A DNA stretch of 64,000 nucleotides from Candidatus Multivorans sp. (GCA_965206765.1 OZ242222.1:23730-87729); one strand, 5' to 3'. Shown: positions 38,628-49,302, counted from the stretch's first letter. Made by a program: numbers and translations. The notes: generated from the letters alone by a model not told the origin.

Positions 38628-39985
38628 TGGGAGAAGTGATGGGCAGATCCTGGCGTTGGTTCCCGATCCTGGTGGTGCTGGCGGCCGGCTGCGCAGCGGC
38701 GCCGGACGCGGAGGAGAACGCCGGCCCCGAGTCGCCGCAGCAGCCGAACATCCTCCTCATCCTGATCGACGACCTGGGCTTTGAGGCGATCGGTTCCTAC
38801 GGCGGCGCCTCGTACCAGACTCCGAACATCGATCGTCTGGCCGCGGAAGGTGTCCGCTTCAGCCACGCCTACGCGATGCCGCTGTGCGCGCCCTCGCGGC
38901 TCAAGTTGATGACCGGGCGCTACAACAGCCGCAACTACACGGAGTGGGGGGTTCTGCCGCCCGACGAGGTCACCTTGGCCAACCTGCTCCAGGACGCCGG
39001 CTACGCCACCTTCCTGGCCGGGAAGTGGCAAATGTCGGGCTTCGAACAGGTCTGGGCGCCGGAGAAGGACTGCTGCGAGGGTTTAGGGCAAACGCCGGAG
39101 GAGGCCGGTTTCGACGACTACCTCGTCTGGCACTACCACGAGAAGGGCGGCCGCTATGCCGATCCGCTGCTATGGGGTCCTGGCGGGGAAGGCGGGACCT
39201 ACGATGGCCGGTACGGCCCCGATCTGTTTGCGGACTTTCTGCTCGACCGGATCGAGTCGCAGGTTGCTGAGGACTCGGACCGGCCGTTCTTCGCCTACCA
39301 CGCCATGGCGCTCGTCCACGCCCCGTTCGTGCCGACTCCGGACAGTGCGGACTGGATCGGGGACCGCAACGCCGAAGACCCGGCCTACTTCGCCGACATG
39401 GTCGCCTACACGGACAAGCTGATCGGCCAGATGGTGGACGGGCTCGAGGACCTGGGAGTCCGCGACAACACGCTGATCCTGCTCACTGCGGACAACGGTA
39501 CGCCGACACAGATCACGAGCAAGATGCGGGACGGCGCCGTGATCCCCGGCGGCAAGGGCACGACGATCGACTACGGCGTACACGTCCCCTTCATCGCCTC
39601 CTGGCCGGCTGCTGTCGAGAGTGGCAGGCTGTCAGACGCCCTGGTCGACTTGAGCGACTTTCTGCCGTCGATCGCGGAAGCCGCAGGCGCCGCGCTGCCC
39701 GCCGATCGGGTGATCGACGGCCGGAGCTTCCTTCCGGTGCTGCGGGGCGAGGCGAACTCCGCCCGGGACTGGATCTTCACCGATTTCCGGCCGCGCTTCA
39801 TGACCATCCCGGAAGTGACCTTCGTCCACGACCGCCGCTACAAGCTGTATGACGATGGTCGGTTCTTCGATTGGGCGAACGACGTGCAGGAGCAGAGGCC
39901 GCTGGCCGCCGGCGACCTGACGGAGGAGGAGGCCGCTGCGAAGGCAGCGCTTGAGGGCGCCATGGACCCGCTATTTTGCGGGTAG
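38624..39985 (+). CDS. Sulfatase-family lipoprotein
   Basis: PNILLILIDDLG, LCAPSR..LMTGRY, GKWQ and DNGT motifs. Confidence 0.92.
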   Translation: MMGEVMGRSWRWFPILVVLAAGCAAAPDAEENAGPESPQQPNILLILIDDLGFEAIGSYGGASYQTPNIDRLAAEGVRFSHAYAMPLCAPSRLKLMTGRYNSRNYTEWGVLPPDEVTLANLLQDAGYATFLAGKWQMSGFEQVWAPEKDCCEGLGQTPEEAGFDDYLVWHYHEKGGRYADPLLWGPGGEGGTYDGRYGPDLFADFLLDRIESQVAEDSDRPFFAYHAMALVHAPFVPTPDSADWIGDRNAEDPAYFADMVAYTDKLIGQMVDGLEDLGVRDNTLILLTADNGTPTQITSKMRDGAVIPGGKGTTIDYGVHVPFIASWPAAVESGRLSDALVDLSDFLPSIAEAAGAALPADRVIDGRSFLPVLRGEANSARDWIFTDFRPRFMTIPEVTFVHDRRYKLYDDGRFFDWANDVQEQRPLAAGDLTEEEAAAKAALEGAMDPLFCG

Positions 39986-40090
39986 TCTCTGGTCGACGAA
40001 GTCATCTGGCCGGAAACGGCTCGCTTGCGACCGCCGGAGCTGAAGCGGTGGCCCCCCCAACCTGGAGCCCTTGAATCGAGGAGAACGGAG

Positions 40091-41059
40091 ATGCCTTCGA
40101 CTCTGACTACTTTCGCCGGTGCGTGCCTGCTGCTGTTCTCAGCCTGCGGCGGCTCGGCCGCGAACGAAGAGGGAACGCCGGCCTCGGCTGCTGCCGAAGA
40201 TCCGGCCACGGCGTTTCACGGCGCCTGGGAACTCGCGTCGATCGTGCGCCACTCGGCGGACGGCGAGGAGTTGTCGCGCAACGAGGAGTCGACCGGCTTC
40301 ATCATGTACGACCCGGCGGGCGCCATGGGGGTCGTGATCCAGGGCGCCGACCGTCAGGCCGCCACCCCGGGAACTCGTGCGACGCCGGAAGAACGGCTTG
40401 CCGCCTACCGGTCTTACACGGCGTACTTCGGGGCCTTCACGGTGGACCCGGAAGCTGGCGCCGTCACCCACCACCTCCGGGCCAGCATGAATCCGAACGC
40501 CGCGGGCTCGGACTACGTGCGCAACTACGAGTTAGCCGAGGACCTGCTGACGCTGCAGCCGCCTGCCGGCACGGACGGCGGGACGGTTCGGCTGACCTGG
40601 CGAAAGCTGCCGGACCTCGCGGAGCTCACCGGCGAACACCGGCGCTTCATCGGCTTCTGGTACTTCGACCGGCTGGAACGGCGGGACGAAGCGGGAGAAG
40701 CAGAGACTGTTGAACGGACCTTTGAGGACGGCTTCATCATCTACGCAGCCTCCGGGCACATGGCCGTGCACCTGGTGCGGCCGGACCGTCAGCCCTTTGC
40801 GGGTCCGCGCCCGACCGCCGAGGAGGCGGCGTCGGCCATCGGCACCTACATCAGCTACTTCGGTCCGTACACGATCCACGCCGACGACGGCTACATCGTC
40901 CACCACCGGTCGGGCTGCTGGTACCCGAGCTGCATGAACACGGACGCCCAGCGTTTCTACGCGTTCGGAGAGCGAACGCTGACGCTCCAGCCACCGGCCC
41001 GCGAAGTGGACGGGCGCATGGTCCAGGACTCACTGGTCTGGGAGCGGATCGGGGAGTAA
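40091..41059 (+). CDS. Lipoprotein with two lipocalin-like domains
   Basis: Two repeats of G.W.L/F...GFI.Y...G.M.V...Y..YFG.YT.....HH. Lipobox FSAC. Confidence 0.8.
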   Translation: MPSTLTTFAGACLLLFSACGGSAANEEGTPASAAAEDPATAFHGAWELASIVRHSADGEELSRNEESTGFIMYDPAGAMGVVIQGADRQAATPGTRATPEERLAAYRSYTAYFGAFTVDPEAGAVTHHLRASMNPNAAGSDYVRNYELAEDLLTLQPPAGTDGGTVRLTWRKLPDLAELTGEHRRFIGFWYFDRLERRDEAGEAETVERTFEDGFIIYAASGHMAVHLVRPDRQPFAGPRPTAEEAASAIGTYISYFGPYTIHADDGYIVHHRSGCWYPSCMNTDAQRFYAFGERTLTLQPPAREVDGRMVQDSLVWERIGE

Positions 41060-41083
41060 CGGCGGCCGCCGCTCAAGTGGGCG

Positions 41084-42172
41084 CTACGCGGTCTTCGCGA
41101 TCTTCCGCCGCAGCCAGTCGATCAGCACGCGGCTCGTCTCCTCGGGCTTCTCCTGCTGCGTCCAGTGGCCGCAGTCCGCAACTGTGTACTTCTCGAAGTC
41201 GTCGATGAAGTCCTCCATGCCGTCGGCGGAGGAGGGCCGCAGGATGACGTCGTTCTCGGCGCCGATGTAGAGGCACGGCACGTCGATCTCCCACTTGGCG
41301 TTCTCGATCCCCGGGAAGGGGCGGCCCGCCATGCGGTACCAGTTCAGGCCGCCGGTGAAGCCGGTGATCTCGAAGGTCTCGGTGAAGTAGTCCAAAGCCT
41401 CCTCCGACAGGAACACCTCGCCGGGGTAGTCGTCTCGCTCGAGCATGCGGAGCAGGTCCATCTGCCGCTCGGGAGAGTCCTCCGGCATCGCCTTGAACGC
41501 CTCGACGTCCCAGATGTAGCCGCGGCGCAGGAGCATCTGGAACGACTTGCGGACGTCGGCGGACAGCGCCTTTTCGGCCCGGCCCGGTTCCTGGAACTGG
41601 ACCGTGTAGTAGTTCTCGCTCCGCACGATGATCGGCGGCTCGGGCGGTTGGCTGCGCGGCATGCCCGGGGGCCGTCCGCCGGGAGTGTTCACGCCGACGA
41701 TGCCGAGGCAGCGGTCCGGGTGCAGGCGCGCCATCATCCACACCACGCCGCCGCCCCAGTCGTGGCCGCAGAAGACCGCCTTTTCGATCTCGAGTGCGTC
41801 GAGCATCCCGGCCATGTCGTCGCAGAGGTGCTTCAGGCTGTAGGCCGTCACGTCGTCGGGCCTGTCGGTCAGTCCGTAACCGCGTTGATCGGGGGCGATG
41901 GCGCGGAACCCCGCGTCGGCGAGCGCCGGAAGCTGGAAACGCCAGGAGAAGGCGAGCTCGGGGAAGCCGTGGCAGAACACCACGGGTACGCCCGAGCCCT
42001 GCTCGTAGACGGCCATGCGGATGCCGTTCGTCTTCACGAAGCGGGGCGCCGGCATGCCGGGCGCCGGCCGGACTTCGGCGCCCAGGGCGATGCGGGGCAG
42101 GGCCAGTGCACCGGCCAGACCGGTCGTCGTTTGCAGGAAGCTGCGGCGGGAGATAGCGGGGAAGCGGATCAT
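41084..42172 (-). CDS. Epoxide hydrolase-like alpha/beta hydrolase, Tat-exported
   Basis: SRRSFL, HGFPE...SWR.Q, GHDWGG, LNWYR and GHWTQQEKP motifs. Confidence 0.9.
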   Translation of the reverse strand: MIRFPAISRRSFLQTTTGLAGALALPRIALGAEVRPAPGMPAPRFVKTNGIRMAVYEQGSGVPVVFCHGFPELAFSWRFQLPALADAGFRAIAPDQRGYGLTDRPDDVTAYSLKHLCDDMAGMLDALEIEKAVFCGHDWGGGVVWMMARLHPDRCLGIVGVNTPGGRPPGMPRSQPPEPPIIVRSENYYTVQFQEPGRAEKALSADVRKSFQMLLRRGYIWDVEAFKAMPEDSPERQMDLLRMLERDDYPGEVFLSEEALDYFTETFEITGFTGGLNWYRMAGRPFPGIENAKWEIDVPCLYIGAENDVILRPSSADGMEDFIDDFEKYTVADCGHWTQQEKPEETSRVLIDWLRRKIAKTA

Positions 42173-42268
42173 CGGGCCTCCGGCACTGGCTTGGGGGACG
42201 GGCTGGGTTGGAGCGGACTGCCGGAGTATTTCAGGCCGCGAAAGGGTTGGGGGTGTATGGTGTTCACG

Positions 42269-42634
42269 ATGCACAGCGCTTTCCGGCCTATCTCGGCGTT
42301 CCTGGCACTGGCGGTTCTGGCCGCCCCGGTGGCGGGAATGTGCGTCTCGCTCGTCGCGCCGGAGGATCCCTGCGCGATGCAGGAGACCACCGAGATGGCG
42401 TCCTGCGGGCACGGCAAGATGCTGATGTCGGCCTGCTGCAGCGCCGAATCGGCGCCGCCGTCAGCCGAGGCGATCCTGTCCGGCTCTGCCGGCGACATCG
42501 ACCCGCCCGCGCTGTCCCATTGCGGGTTGGACGCGCCCGCCACCTGTGGCCAGGGGGCCGTGGTCCTCGCCTGCGACGCCGATCCGCCGCCGAGCGTCCC
42601 GCGCTACACGCTGTTCTCGGCGCTGTTGCTCTGA
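42269..42634 (+). CDS. Small Cys/Met-rich, Pro-tailed exported protein; candidate metal-responsive leader of cusCBA
   Basis: Signal-like N-terminus, C..C..CC cluster and C-terminal DPPPSVPRYTLFSALLL. Directly upstream of tolC/cusBA. Confidence 0.65.
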   Translation: MHSAFRPISAFLALAVLAAPVAGMCVSLVAPEDPCAMQETTEMASCGHGKMLMSACCSAESAPPSAEAILSGSAGDIDPPALSHCGLDAPATCGQGAVVLACDADPPPSVPRYTLFSALLL

Positions 42635-42712
42635 TCCTTCGCTGAAGCGAGTCGAGCGGTCGTCTTCTGAGGGAAGGCGGTCGCAGGGAACACGTTTCTG
42701 CGGGGGATTCAG

Positions 42713-44095
42713 ATGCATCGATCAACGCCTTGCCTTCTTGCCGTCGTTCTGATCGCGGCGGCGACCGCGCGACCATTGGCGGCCGAAACCGATCAGCAGC
42801 GCCACCTGACCGAAGCTCCGGCGCCGACAGCGGCCGATCTGGTCGCGGAGGGCATCCTGGAGACGGAACTGCGCGCTCTGGTCAAGGAGGCGCTGGACCG
42901 GAATCCGGCTATTCGTGCCGGCTTCGCCCGGGCACGCGCCGCGGCGCAGAAGGCGCCCCAGGTCGCCTCGCTGCCGGATCCGACGGCCGAAGCGACGGCC
43001 TTCCTGCTGCCGCCTGAGACCCGCGTCGGCGCACAGCGGCTCATGCTCGGCTTCAGTCAGGCCCTGCCGTGGTTGGCGAAGCTCGATCTGCGGGAGGCCG
43101 CGGCCGTCGAAGGCGCGGTCGTCCTGGAACACGAGGTGGAGGCGGGACGGCTCCGCCTGGTCACCGAAGTCAGGCGGCTCTACCACGAGTTGGCCTTCCT
43201 GGACCGGTCGCGGGAGGTTGCGGCGACCTTCCTGGAGCACCTGATCCAGCACGAGGAGATCGCCCAGTCCCGGTACGCGACCGGCGTGGGCTCGACCCAG
43301 GCGGTGCTCAAGCTGCAGGCAGAGATCACCCGCGCGGAGCGGGCCCTGGTGGACCTGGATCTCAGCGAGAGCGCTCTCCGCGCCCGGCTGAACTCGCTCC
43401 GCGACCGGCCGGCGGCTGCGCCGGTGGCCAGAGGGCGCATGGCGCGAACGATCGAAGAAGCCAGGCCGGCGACCGAGGCACTGCTGGCTCTCGCGCGGTC
43501 GTCGCGGCCGGAGTTGCGGGCCGCCGGCGCCGGACTTGCCCGGGCCGAGGTGCTGGAGCGGCTGGCGCGGATGGCGCGCAGACCCGACTTCACCGTCGGG
43601 GTCACCTACACGCTGGTCACGCCGCGGGGCGACGAGGCTGCACGCTTCCTGGCCCCGGCCGGCAACGGCAACGACGTGTTCGGGGTTCGCGGCGGCGTCA
43701 CGCTGCCGCTCCGCCGCCGGCGCCGGGCCGCGGCGGTGCAGGAAGCTCTCGACCTGCGGTCCCACGCGGTCGATGAGAGGCGCGGTGCGGAGCTTGCGAT
43801 CGAAACAGAGGTGGGCGAGCTCGCGCAGCGGCTGCCTCTGGCCTGGAGGCGCCTGCGTTTGCTCGAGGATCTGCTGATCGTCCAGGCGGAGGAGGCTCTC
43901 CAATCGGCGGAGGGGGGCTACATCGCCGGCGCCCTGAACACGCTCGCCCTGTTCGACGCCGTGCACGTTCTGTTCGAGGCGCGGACGGCGGCCGACAGGG
44001 CGAGGGCGGACTACCTGATCGGTGTCGCGGACCTGGAGGGGGCGGTCGGGCGGCCCCTGCCGGCGCTGGCAAGGAACGGAGGGGCCGCGAGATGA
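42713..44095 (+). CDS. TolC/CusC-family outer membrane efflux protein
   Basis: AL.RNP, SLPDP and SQ.LPW..KL motifs. First gene of the RND operon. Confidence 0.88.
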   Translation: MHRSTPCLLAVVLIAAATARPLAAETDQQRHLTEAPAPTAADLVAEGILETELRALVKEALDRNPAIRAGFARARAAAQKAPQVASLPDPTAEATAFLLPPETRVGAQRLMLGFSQALPWLAKLDLREAAAVEGAVVLEHEVEAGRLRLVTEVRRLYHELAFLDRSREVAATFLEHLIQHEEIAQSRYATGVGSTQAVLKLQAEITRAERALVDLDLSESALRARLNSLRDRPAAAPVARGRMARTIEEARPATEALLALARSSRPELRAAGAGLARAEVLERLARMARRPDFTVGVTYTLVTPRGDEAARFLAPAGNGNDVFGVRGGVTLPLRRRRRAAAVQEALDLRSHAVDERRGAELAIETEVGELAQRLPLAWRRLRLLEDLLIVQAEEALQSAEGGYIAGALNTLALFDAVHVLFEARTAADRARADYLIGVADLEGAVGRPLPALARNGGAAR

Positions 44096-45537
44096 CGAAC
44101 AAGACGAACGGTTCCGGCGTGTCGGCTTTGGCGCTGGTGCGCGGCGCCGCCTGGGTCACGGGGAGTTTCGCGGCCTTCTACTTCCTGTTCTTCGATCCGC
44201 TGGGGATTCACCCGGTGGACACCTGGCTGCAGCGGACGGTCGGCTACCACGCGGGGCCGATGGCGAGCGCCGCCTCGGGCGCGGAGCGGTCGGCTGACGG
44301 AGGTGAGCGGGAGATTCTCTTCTACCGCAATCCGATGGATCCGACGATCACCTCCCCGGCGCCGGCCAGGGGCGAGATGGGAATGGACTACCTGCCGGTC
44401 TACGCGGACGAGGCGGAGCGTGCGCTCGGCGCGGGAGCGACGGTGGTGATCGATCCGGTCGTGGTCCAGAACATGAACGTTCAGACAGAGACGGCGACGC
44501 GGCAGGACCTCCGGCACGAGATTCGGACGGTCGGCTATCTCGAGTACGACCAGGAGCGGATGGTCACCGTGACCACGAAGTACGACGGGTGGATCGAGAA
44601 GGTCTACGTGAACTACGTCGGCGAGCCCGTGACCGAGGGCGCCGGGCTGTTCGAGGTCTACTCGCCCGAGCTGGTCCAGACCGAACAGGAGTTGCTCTCG
44701 GCGATCCGCTACGCGTCCAGGTTCGGGGACGGTGCGGATGACGCCCGGCTTCGAGCCGAGGCGCTGGTGGAGGCGGCGCGGGCGCGGCTCGCCTTCTGGG
44801 ACATCTCGCCCGATCAGATCGCACGCCTGGAGGAGACGGGCGAGATCTTCCGGACGCTGACGGTGACCGCACCGGCGGGGGGGTTGGTGATGAAACGCAT
44901 GCCGGGCCTCGAGGGAATGGCGGTGACGCCCGGCATGGAGGCGTACCACATCGCCGACATCACGTCCCTGTGGCTATCGGTCGAGGTGTTCGAGGATCAG
45001 GTCGTCTGGATCCGTCCGGGCGTCGAGGCGGAGGCGGCATTCACCTACTTCCCGGGCGAGACGATCCGCGGCACGGTCGAGTTCATCGAACCCGAGATGT
45101 CTGAACAGACGCGGACCCTGACAGTCAAGATTGCGGTGCCCAATCCGGAGGGCCGCTTGCGGCAGGGGATGTTCGCGACCGTCGTCTTCGACCCGGTCCT
45201 GGTCAGGGGGGCGTTGACCGTACCGACCGAATCGGTGCTGCGGACCGGCCGCCGGAGCGTCGTCATCGTGGCGCTGGGCGGCGGCCGGTTCGAACCCCGC
45301 GAAGTCGAGCTGGGCCAGATCTCGGAGGGGCTCGCCGAGGTCCGTTCGGGCCTTGCGGCAGGAGACGAAGTCGTCACCTCGTCGCAGTTTCTGCTCGACT
45401 CGGAGTCCAGACTGCAGGCGGCCGTGCAGAAGATGCTGAAGGCGGCACCGGCGTTGGACGGCGCCCATGAGGGCCGAGACATGGGTGAGATGGGCCACGA
45501 GGGCGCCGATATGAGCCACGAGGACCACGGCGGGTGA
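44092..45537 (+). CDS. cusB: CusB-like RND adaptor with heavy-metal-binding domain and His/Met tail
   Basis: YRNPMDP.......GEMGMD, YSPELV..EQE and QFLLDSES motifs. C-terminus HEGRDMGEMGHEGADMSHEDH. Confidence 0.88.
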   Translation: MTNKTNGSGVSALALVRGAAWVTGSFAAFYFLFFDPLGIHPVDTWLQRTVGYHAGPMASAASGAERSADGGEREILFYRNPMDPTITSPAPARGEMGMDYLPVYADEAERALGAGATVVIDPVVVQNMNVQTETATRQDLRHEIRTVGYLEYDQERMVTVTTKYDGWIEKVYVNYVGEPVTEGAGLFEVYSPELVQTEQELLSAIRYASRFGDGADDARLRAEALVEAARARLAFWDISPDQIARLEETGEIFRTLTVTAPAGGLVMKRMPGLEGMAVTPGMEAYHIADITSLWLSVEVFEDQVVWIRPGVEAEAAFTYFPGETIRGTVEFIEPEMSEQTRTLTVKIAVPNPEGRLRQGMFATVVFDPVLVRGALTVPTESVLRTGRRSVVIVALGGGRFEPREVELGQISEGLAEVRSGLAAGDEVVTSSQFLLDSESRLQAAVQKMLKAAPALDGAHEGRDMGEMGHEGADMSHEDHGG

Positions 45538-45541
45538 TCCG

Positions 45542-48500
45542 GTGCTGAACCGTCTCATCGAGTGGTCCCTGCGCAATCAGTTGCTGGTTGCGGCGGGACT
45601 GGTCCTGGCGGTCGCGGCCGGGGTGTGGTCGGTGCGGACCACGCGTATCGATGCGATTCCCGACCTCTCGGACGTGCAGGTGATCCTCTACACCGAGTTC
45701 CCGGGGCAGGCGCCCCAGGTGGTCGAAGACCAGGTGACCTACCCGATCACCTCGACGATGCTGTCGGTGCCCTACGCCAAGGTCGTCCGGGGCTACTCGT
45801 TCTTCGGCTTCTCCTTCGTCTACGTGATCTTCGAGGACGGGACGGACCTCTACTGGGCGCGCTCGCGGGTGCTCGAGTCCGTCGCGGGGCTCGGGAACAG
45901 GTTGCCGCAAGGCGTGTCGCCGCAGCTCGGGCCGGACGCCACCGGCGTGGGCTGGGCGTTCATGTACGTGCTGAACTCCGAGTCGCGGTCCCTGGCGGAT
46001 CTCCGCTCGCTCCAGGACTGGTACCTGAAGTACAGCCTGCTGGCGGTCGAAGGTGTGTCCGAAGTCGCCTCGATCGGCGGCTTCGTGCGCCAGTACCAGG
46101 TCGAGGTCGACCCGGTCCGTCTCCGGGCTTACGGTCTTTCCCTGCCGGTCGTGCGGCGGGCGATCCAGGAGTCGAACGCCGATGTCGGCGGCCGGCTGAT
46201 CGAGATGGGCGAGCGCGAGTACATGGTGCGGGGCCGGGGCTACATCCAGGAGCGGCGGGATCTCGAGACGATCGTCCTTTCTTCTGGTCCCGGCGGCGTA
46301 CCCATCCTGCTCCGCGACGTCGCCAATGTGACGATCGGACCGGAGATCCGGCGCGGTCTGGCCGACTGGAACGGCGAGGGGGAGACAGTGGGGGGCATCG
46401 TCGTCGTGCGCTCGGGCGCGGACACCCGGGCCACGATCGAGAGAGTGAAGGAGCGGCTGGCCGAACTGGCCGGCGGCATGCCGGACGACGTCGAGATCTC
46501 GGTCGCCTACGACCGCAGCGGCCTGATCGAACGCTCCATCGCGACGCTCACCGACACCCTGGTCGAGGAGTCGATCGTCGTGGCGCTCGTGTGCCTCGTC
46601 TTCCTGTTCCACTTCCGGTCCGCCCTGGTGCCGATCCTGGCGATTCCGGTTTCGGTCCTGCTCGCCTTCGTCGTGATGCGCGTTCAGGGCCTCGGCTCGA
46701 ACATCATGTCGCTCGGGGGCATCGCGATCTCGATCGGCGTGCTCGTCGACGCTTCGATCGTCCTGGTCGAGAACGTCCATCGCCACCTCGAGGCGGACAA
46801 GGGGAAGCGATCCCACTTCGAGATCGTTCTGCGCGCCGCGCAGGAAGTCGGGCCGACGCTGTTCTTCAGCCTGCTCGTGATCACGGTGTCGTTCCTGCCG
46901 GTGTTCACGCTGGAGGCTCAGGAGGGGCGGTTGTTCAAACCGCTGGCGCTGACCAAGACCTACTCCATGGCGATGGCTTCGGTGGTCGCGGTGACCGTGG
47001 TGCCGGTGCTCATGCTCTGGCTCGTGCGCGGCCGGATCATCTCGGAACGGCGCAATCCGGTGTCCCGGTTCCTGCGCTTTGTCTACCGACCGCTGGTGGC
47101 CGGGGCCGTGCGATTTCGCTGGCTGGTCATCGTCGTGATGATCGGGCTGCTGGGCGCGACCGTCACGCCGCTCAAGAGAATCGGGTCCGAGTTCATGCCG
47201 CCGCTGTGGGAGGGCGATCTCCTCTACATGCCGACGACGTTGCCGGGCGTGTCGATCGCGAAGGCACGCGAGATCGTCCAGCAGACGGACCGGATCATCC
47301 GCAGTTTCCCGGAGGTCGAGTCCGTGTTCGGCAAGGTCGGCCGGGCGGAGACGGCGACGGATCCGGCGCCGCTGTCCATGCTCGAGACGACGATCGTGCT
47401 CAAGGACCAGGACGAGTGGCGCCCCGGCTTGAGCCGCGACGACCTGATCGCGGAACTCGATCGGGCGCTCCAGTTCCCTGGGCTCACGAACTCCTGGACC
47501 ATGCCGATCAAGACCCGGATCGACATGCTCTCGACCGGGATCAAGACGCCGGTCGGGATCAAGCTCGGCGGCCCGGATCTCTCGACCCTGGAGCGGCTCG
47601 CGCAGCAGGTCGAGGCGGTGGTCAAGCCGCTTCCCGGCACCCTTTCAGCGTACGCCGAGCGGGTCATGGGCGGCGCCTACCTCGACTTCGACATCGACCG
47701 GGAAGCGGCCGCGCGCTTCGGTCTGCGGATCGGCGACATCCAGGACACGATCCAGTCCGCGGTCGGCGGCATGAACGTGTCCTGGACCGTCGAGGGGCTG
47801 GAGCGCTACCCGATCAACGTCCGCTATCCGCGCGAACTCCGTGACGATCCCGAGTCGATGAAGCAGATCCTCGTGGCGGCGCCGAACGGCGCCCAGGTGC
47901 CGCTCGGTCAGGTGGCGGCGATCGAACTCCGGGACGGCCCGCCCGGGATCAAGTCGGAAGGCGCCAGACCGAACGCGTGGGTCTACGTCGATCTCAACGT
48001 GTCCGACATCGGCGGCTGGATCCGCCGGGCCCGGCAGGAGGTCGCCGACAAGGTCGTCCTGCCTCCCGGCTACACGCTCCTCTGGTCCGGGCAGTACGAG
48101 TACATGGAGCGGGCCCGCGAGCGCTTCCTGTTCATCGTCCCGCTCACGTTCGTCCTGACCTTCGTGATCCTCTACCTGAGCACGCGCTCGGTGATCAAGA
48201 CCGCGTTCATCGTTTCGGCGGTGCCCATCTCGTTGGTCGGATCGGTCTGGCTGCTGGACGGGCTCGACTACAACTGGTCCGTGGCCGTCTGGGTGGGCAT
48301 GATCGCGTTGGCGGGCCTGGCCGCGGAGACCGGAGCGGTGATGCTGCTCTACCTGGACCTCGTCTTCGGCGAGCGGAAGAGCGCAGGCAGGATGGAGAAC
48401 CTGGCCCACCTCCGCGACGCCGTCATCGAGGCCGCGGTGCGGCGAATCCGACCGATCACGATGACCGTGCTGACCACATTCGCTGCCCTGGTGCCGATCC

Positions 48501-48655
48501 TGTGGGCCACGGGCACCGGCGCCGACGTGATGAAGCGGATCGCCGCGCCCATGGTCGGCGGACTGGTGACGGTGTTCCTCGGGGTGACGTTCGTGTTCCC
48601 GGCGCTCTATTTCGTCTGGAGGTCGGTGGGTCTTGGCTCAGGCCGGGTCGACTAG
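45542..48655 (+). CDS. cusA: CusA-family Cu/Ag RND efflux pump
   Basis: DAIPDLSDVQV, GPDATGVGW, EFMPPL.EG..LYMP, TDPAPLSM.ET and WTMPIK.RIDMLSTG motifs. Confidence 0.95.
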   Translation: MLNRLIEWSLRNQLLVAAGLVLAVAAGVWSVRTTRIDAIPDLSDVQVILYTEFPGQAPQVVEDQVTYPITSTMLSVPYAKVVRGYSFFGFSFVYVIFEDGTDLYWARSRVLESVAGLGNRLPQGVSPQLGPDATGVGWAFMYVLNSESRSLADLRSLQDWYLKYSLLAVEGVSEVASIGGFVRQYQVEVDPVRLRAYGLSLPVVRRAIQESNADVGGRLIEMGEREYMVRGRGYIQERRDLETIVLSSGPGGVPILLRDVANVTIGPEIRRGLADWNGEGETVGGIVVVRSGADTRATIERVKERLAELAGGMPDDVEISVAYDRSGLIERSIATLTDTLVEESIVVALVCLVFLFHFRSALVPILAIPVSVLLAFVVMRVQGLGSNIMSLGGIAISIGVLVDASIVLVENVHRHLEADKGKRSHFEIVLRAAQEVGPTLFFSLLVITVSFLPVFTLEAQEGRLFKPLALTKTYSMAMASVVAVTVVPVLMLWLVRGRIISERRNPVSRFLRFVYRPLVAGAVRFRWLVIVVMIGLLGATVTPLKRIGSEFMPPLWEGDLLYMPTTLPGVSIAKAREIVQQTDRIIRSFPEVESVFGKVGRAETATDPAPLSMLETTIVLKDQDEWRPGLSRDDLIAELDRALQFPGLTNSWTMPIKTRIDMLSTGIKTPVGIKLGGPDLSTLERLAQQVEAVVKPLPGTLSAYAERVMGGAYLDFDIDREAAARFGLRIGDIQDTIQSAVGGMNVSWTVEGLERYPINVRYPRELRDDPESMKQILVAAPNGAQVPLGQVAAIELRDGPPGIKSEGARPNAWVYVDLNVSDIGGWIRRARQEVADKVVLPPGYTLLWSGQYEYMERARERFLFIVPLTFVLTFVILYLSTRSVIKTAFIVSAVPISLVGSVWLLDGLDYNWSVAVWVGMIALAGLAAETGAVMLLYLDLVFGERKSAGRMENLAHLRDAVIEAAVRRIRPITMTVLTTFAALVPILWATGTGADVMKRIAAPMVGGLVTVFLGVTFVFPALYFVWRSVGLGSGRVD

Positions 48656-49267
48656 CGACGAGTCGTCATTGCGGTAGTTCCCGACCCGCGTTGAGACCGG
48701 GAAGAACTCGAGGCCGCCGGTGTACGTCCTGAGCTGCTCGCCCAGCTCGGCGGGATCCCGCAGGGGACCGTCCAGCCAGTGCTCGTAGGTCGGTTCGGCG
48801 ATGACCGGCATCCGGTCGTGGACGTTTGCGATCGCCTCGCTGGCGGGGCAGGTCACGATCGTGCAGGCGAGGCCGTCGGGAGTGCGGTTCCAGACGCCGG
48901 CGAAGCCGAAGGGCCCGCCGCCCGGCAGTCGGATGTAGTGGGGAAGGCGCGAGCCGTCGGGCTGCGGTTGCCACTCGTACCAGCCGTCGGCGACGACGAG
49001 GCAACGGCGGCGGCTCAGCAGGCGCCGGAACTTCGGCGCCTCGACCGCGGTGTCGTCGCGGAGGTTGATCTGGGGTCCGCCGCGCTTCCGGGGGAATCCC
49101 CAGCGCATCGTGCCCATGGCTCGCCGGCCTTCGCGGTCGAGCGCGACCACCGTGACGTCCTGGGTCGGCGCGATGTTGTAGCGGGGCTCGAGGTCCGGCA
49201 GCTCGTCAAGCTCGAAGTGTTCGGCTACGGTTCGTGCCTTCGAGCGGAGGGTGTAACGGCCGCACAT
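48638..49267 (-). CDS. yedK: SOS response-associated peptidase (SRAP/YedK, abasic-site protection)
   Basis: MCGRY, YNIAPTQ, RCLV.ADG.YEW and HDRMPVI motifs. Confidence 0.93.
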   Translation of the reverse strand: MCGRYTLRSKARTVAEHFELDELPDLEPRYNIAPTQDVTVVALDREGRRAMGTMRWGFPRKRGGPQINLRDDTAVEAPKFRRLLSRRRCLVVADGWYEWQPQPDGSRLPHYIRLPGGGPFGFAGVWNRTPDGLACTIVTCPASEAIANVHDRMPVIAEPTYEHWLDGPLRDPAELGEQLRTYTGGLEFFPVSTRVGNYRNDDSSLVDPA

Positions 49268-49302
49268 GGGATCGGATGATACGGCTCTACCACTAGGAGC
49301 GC

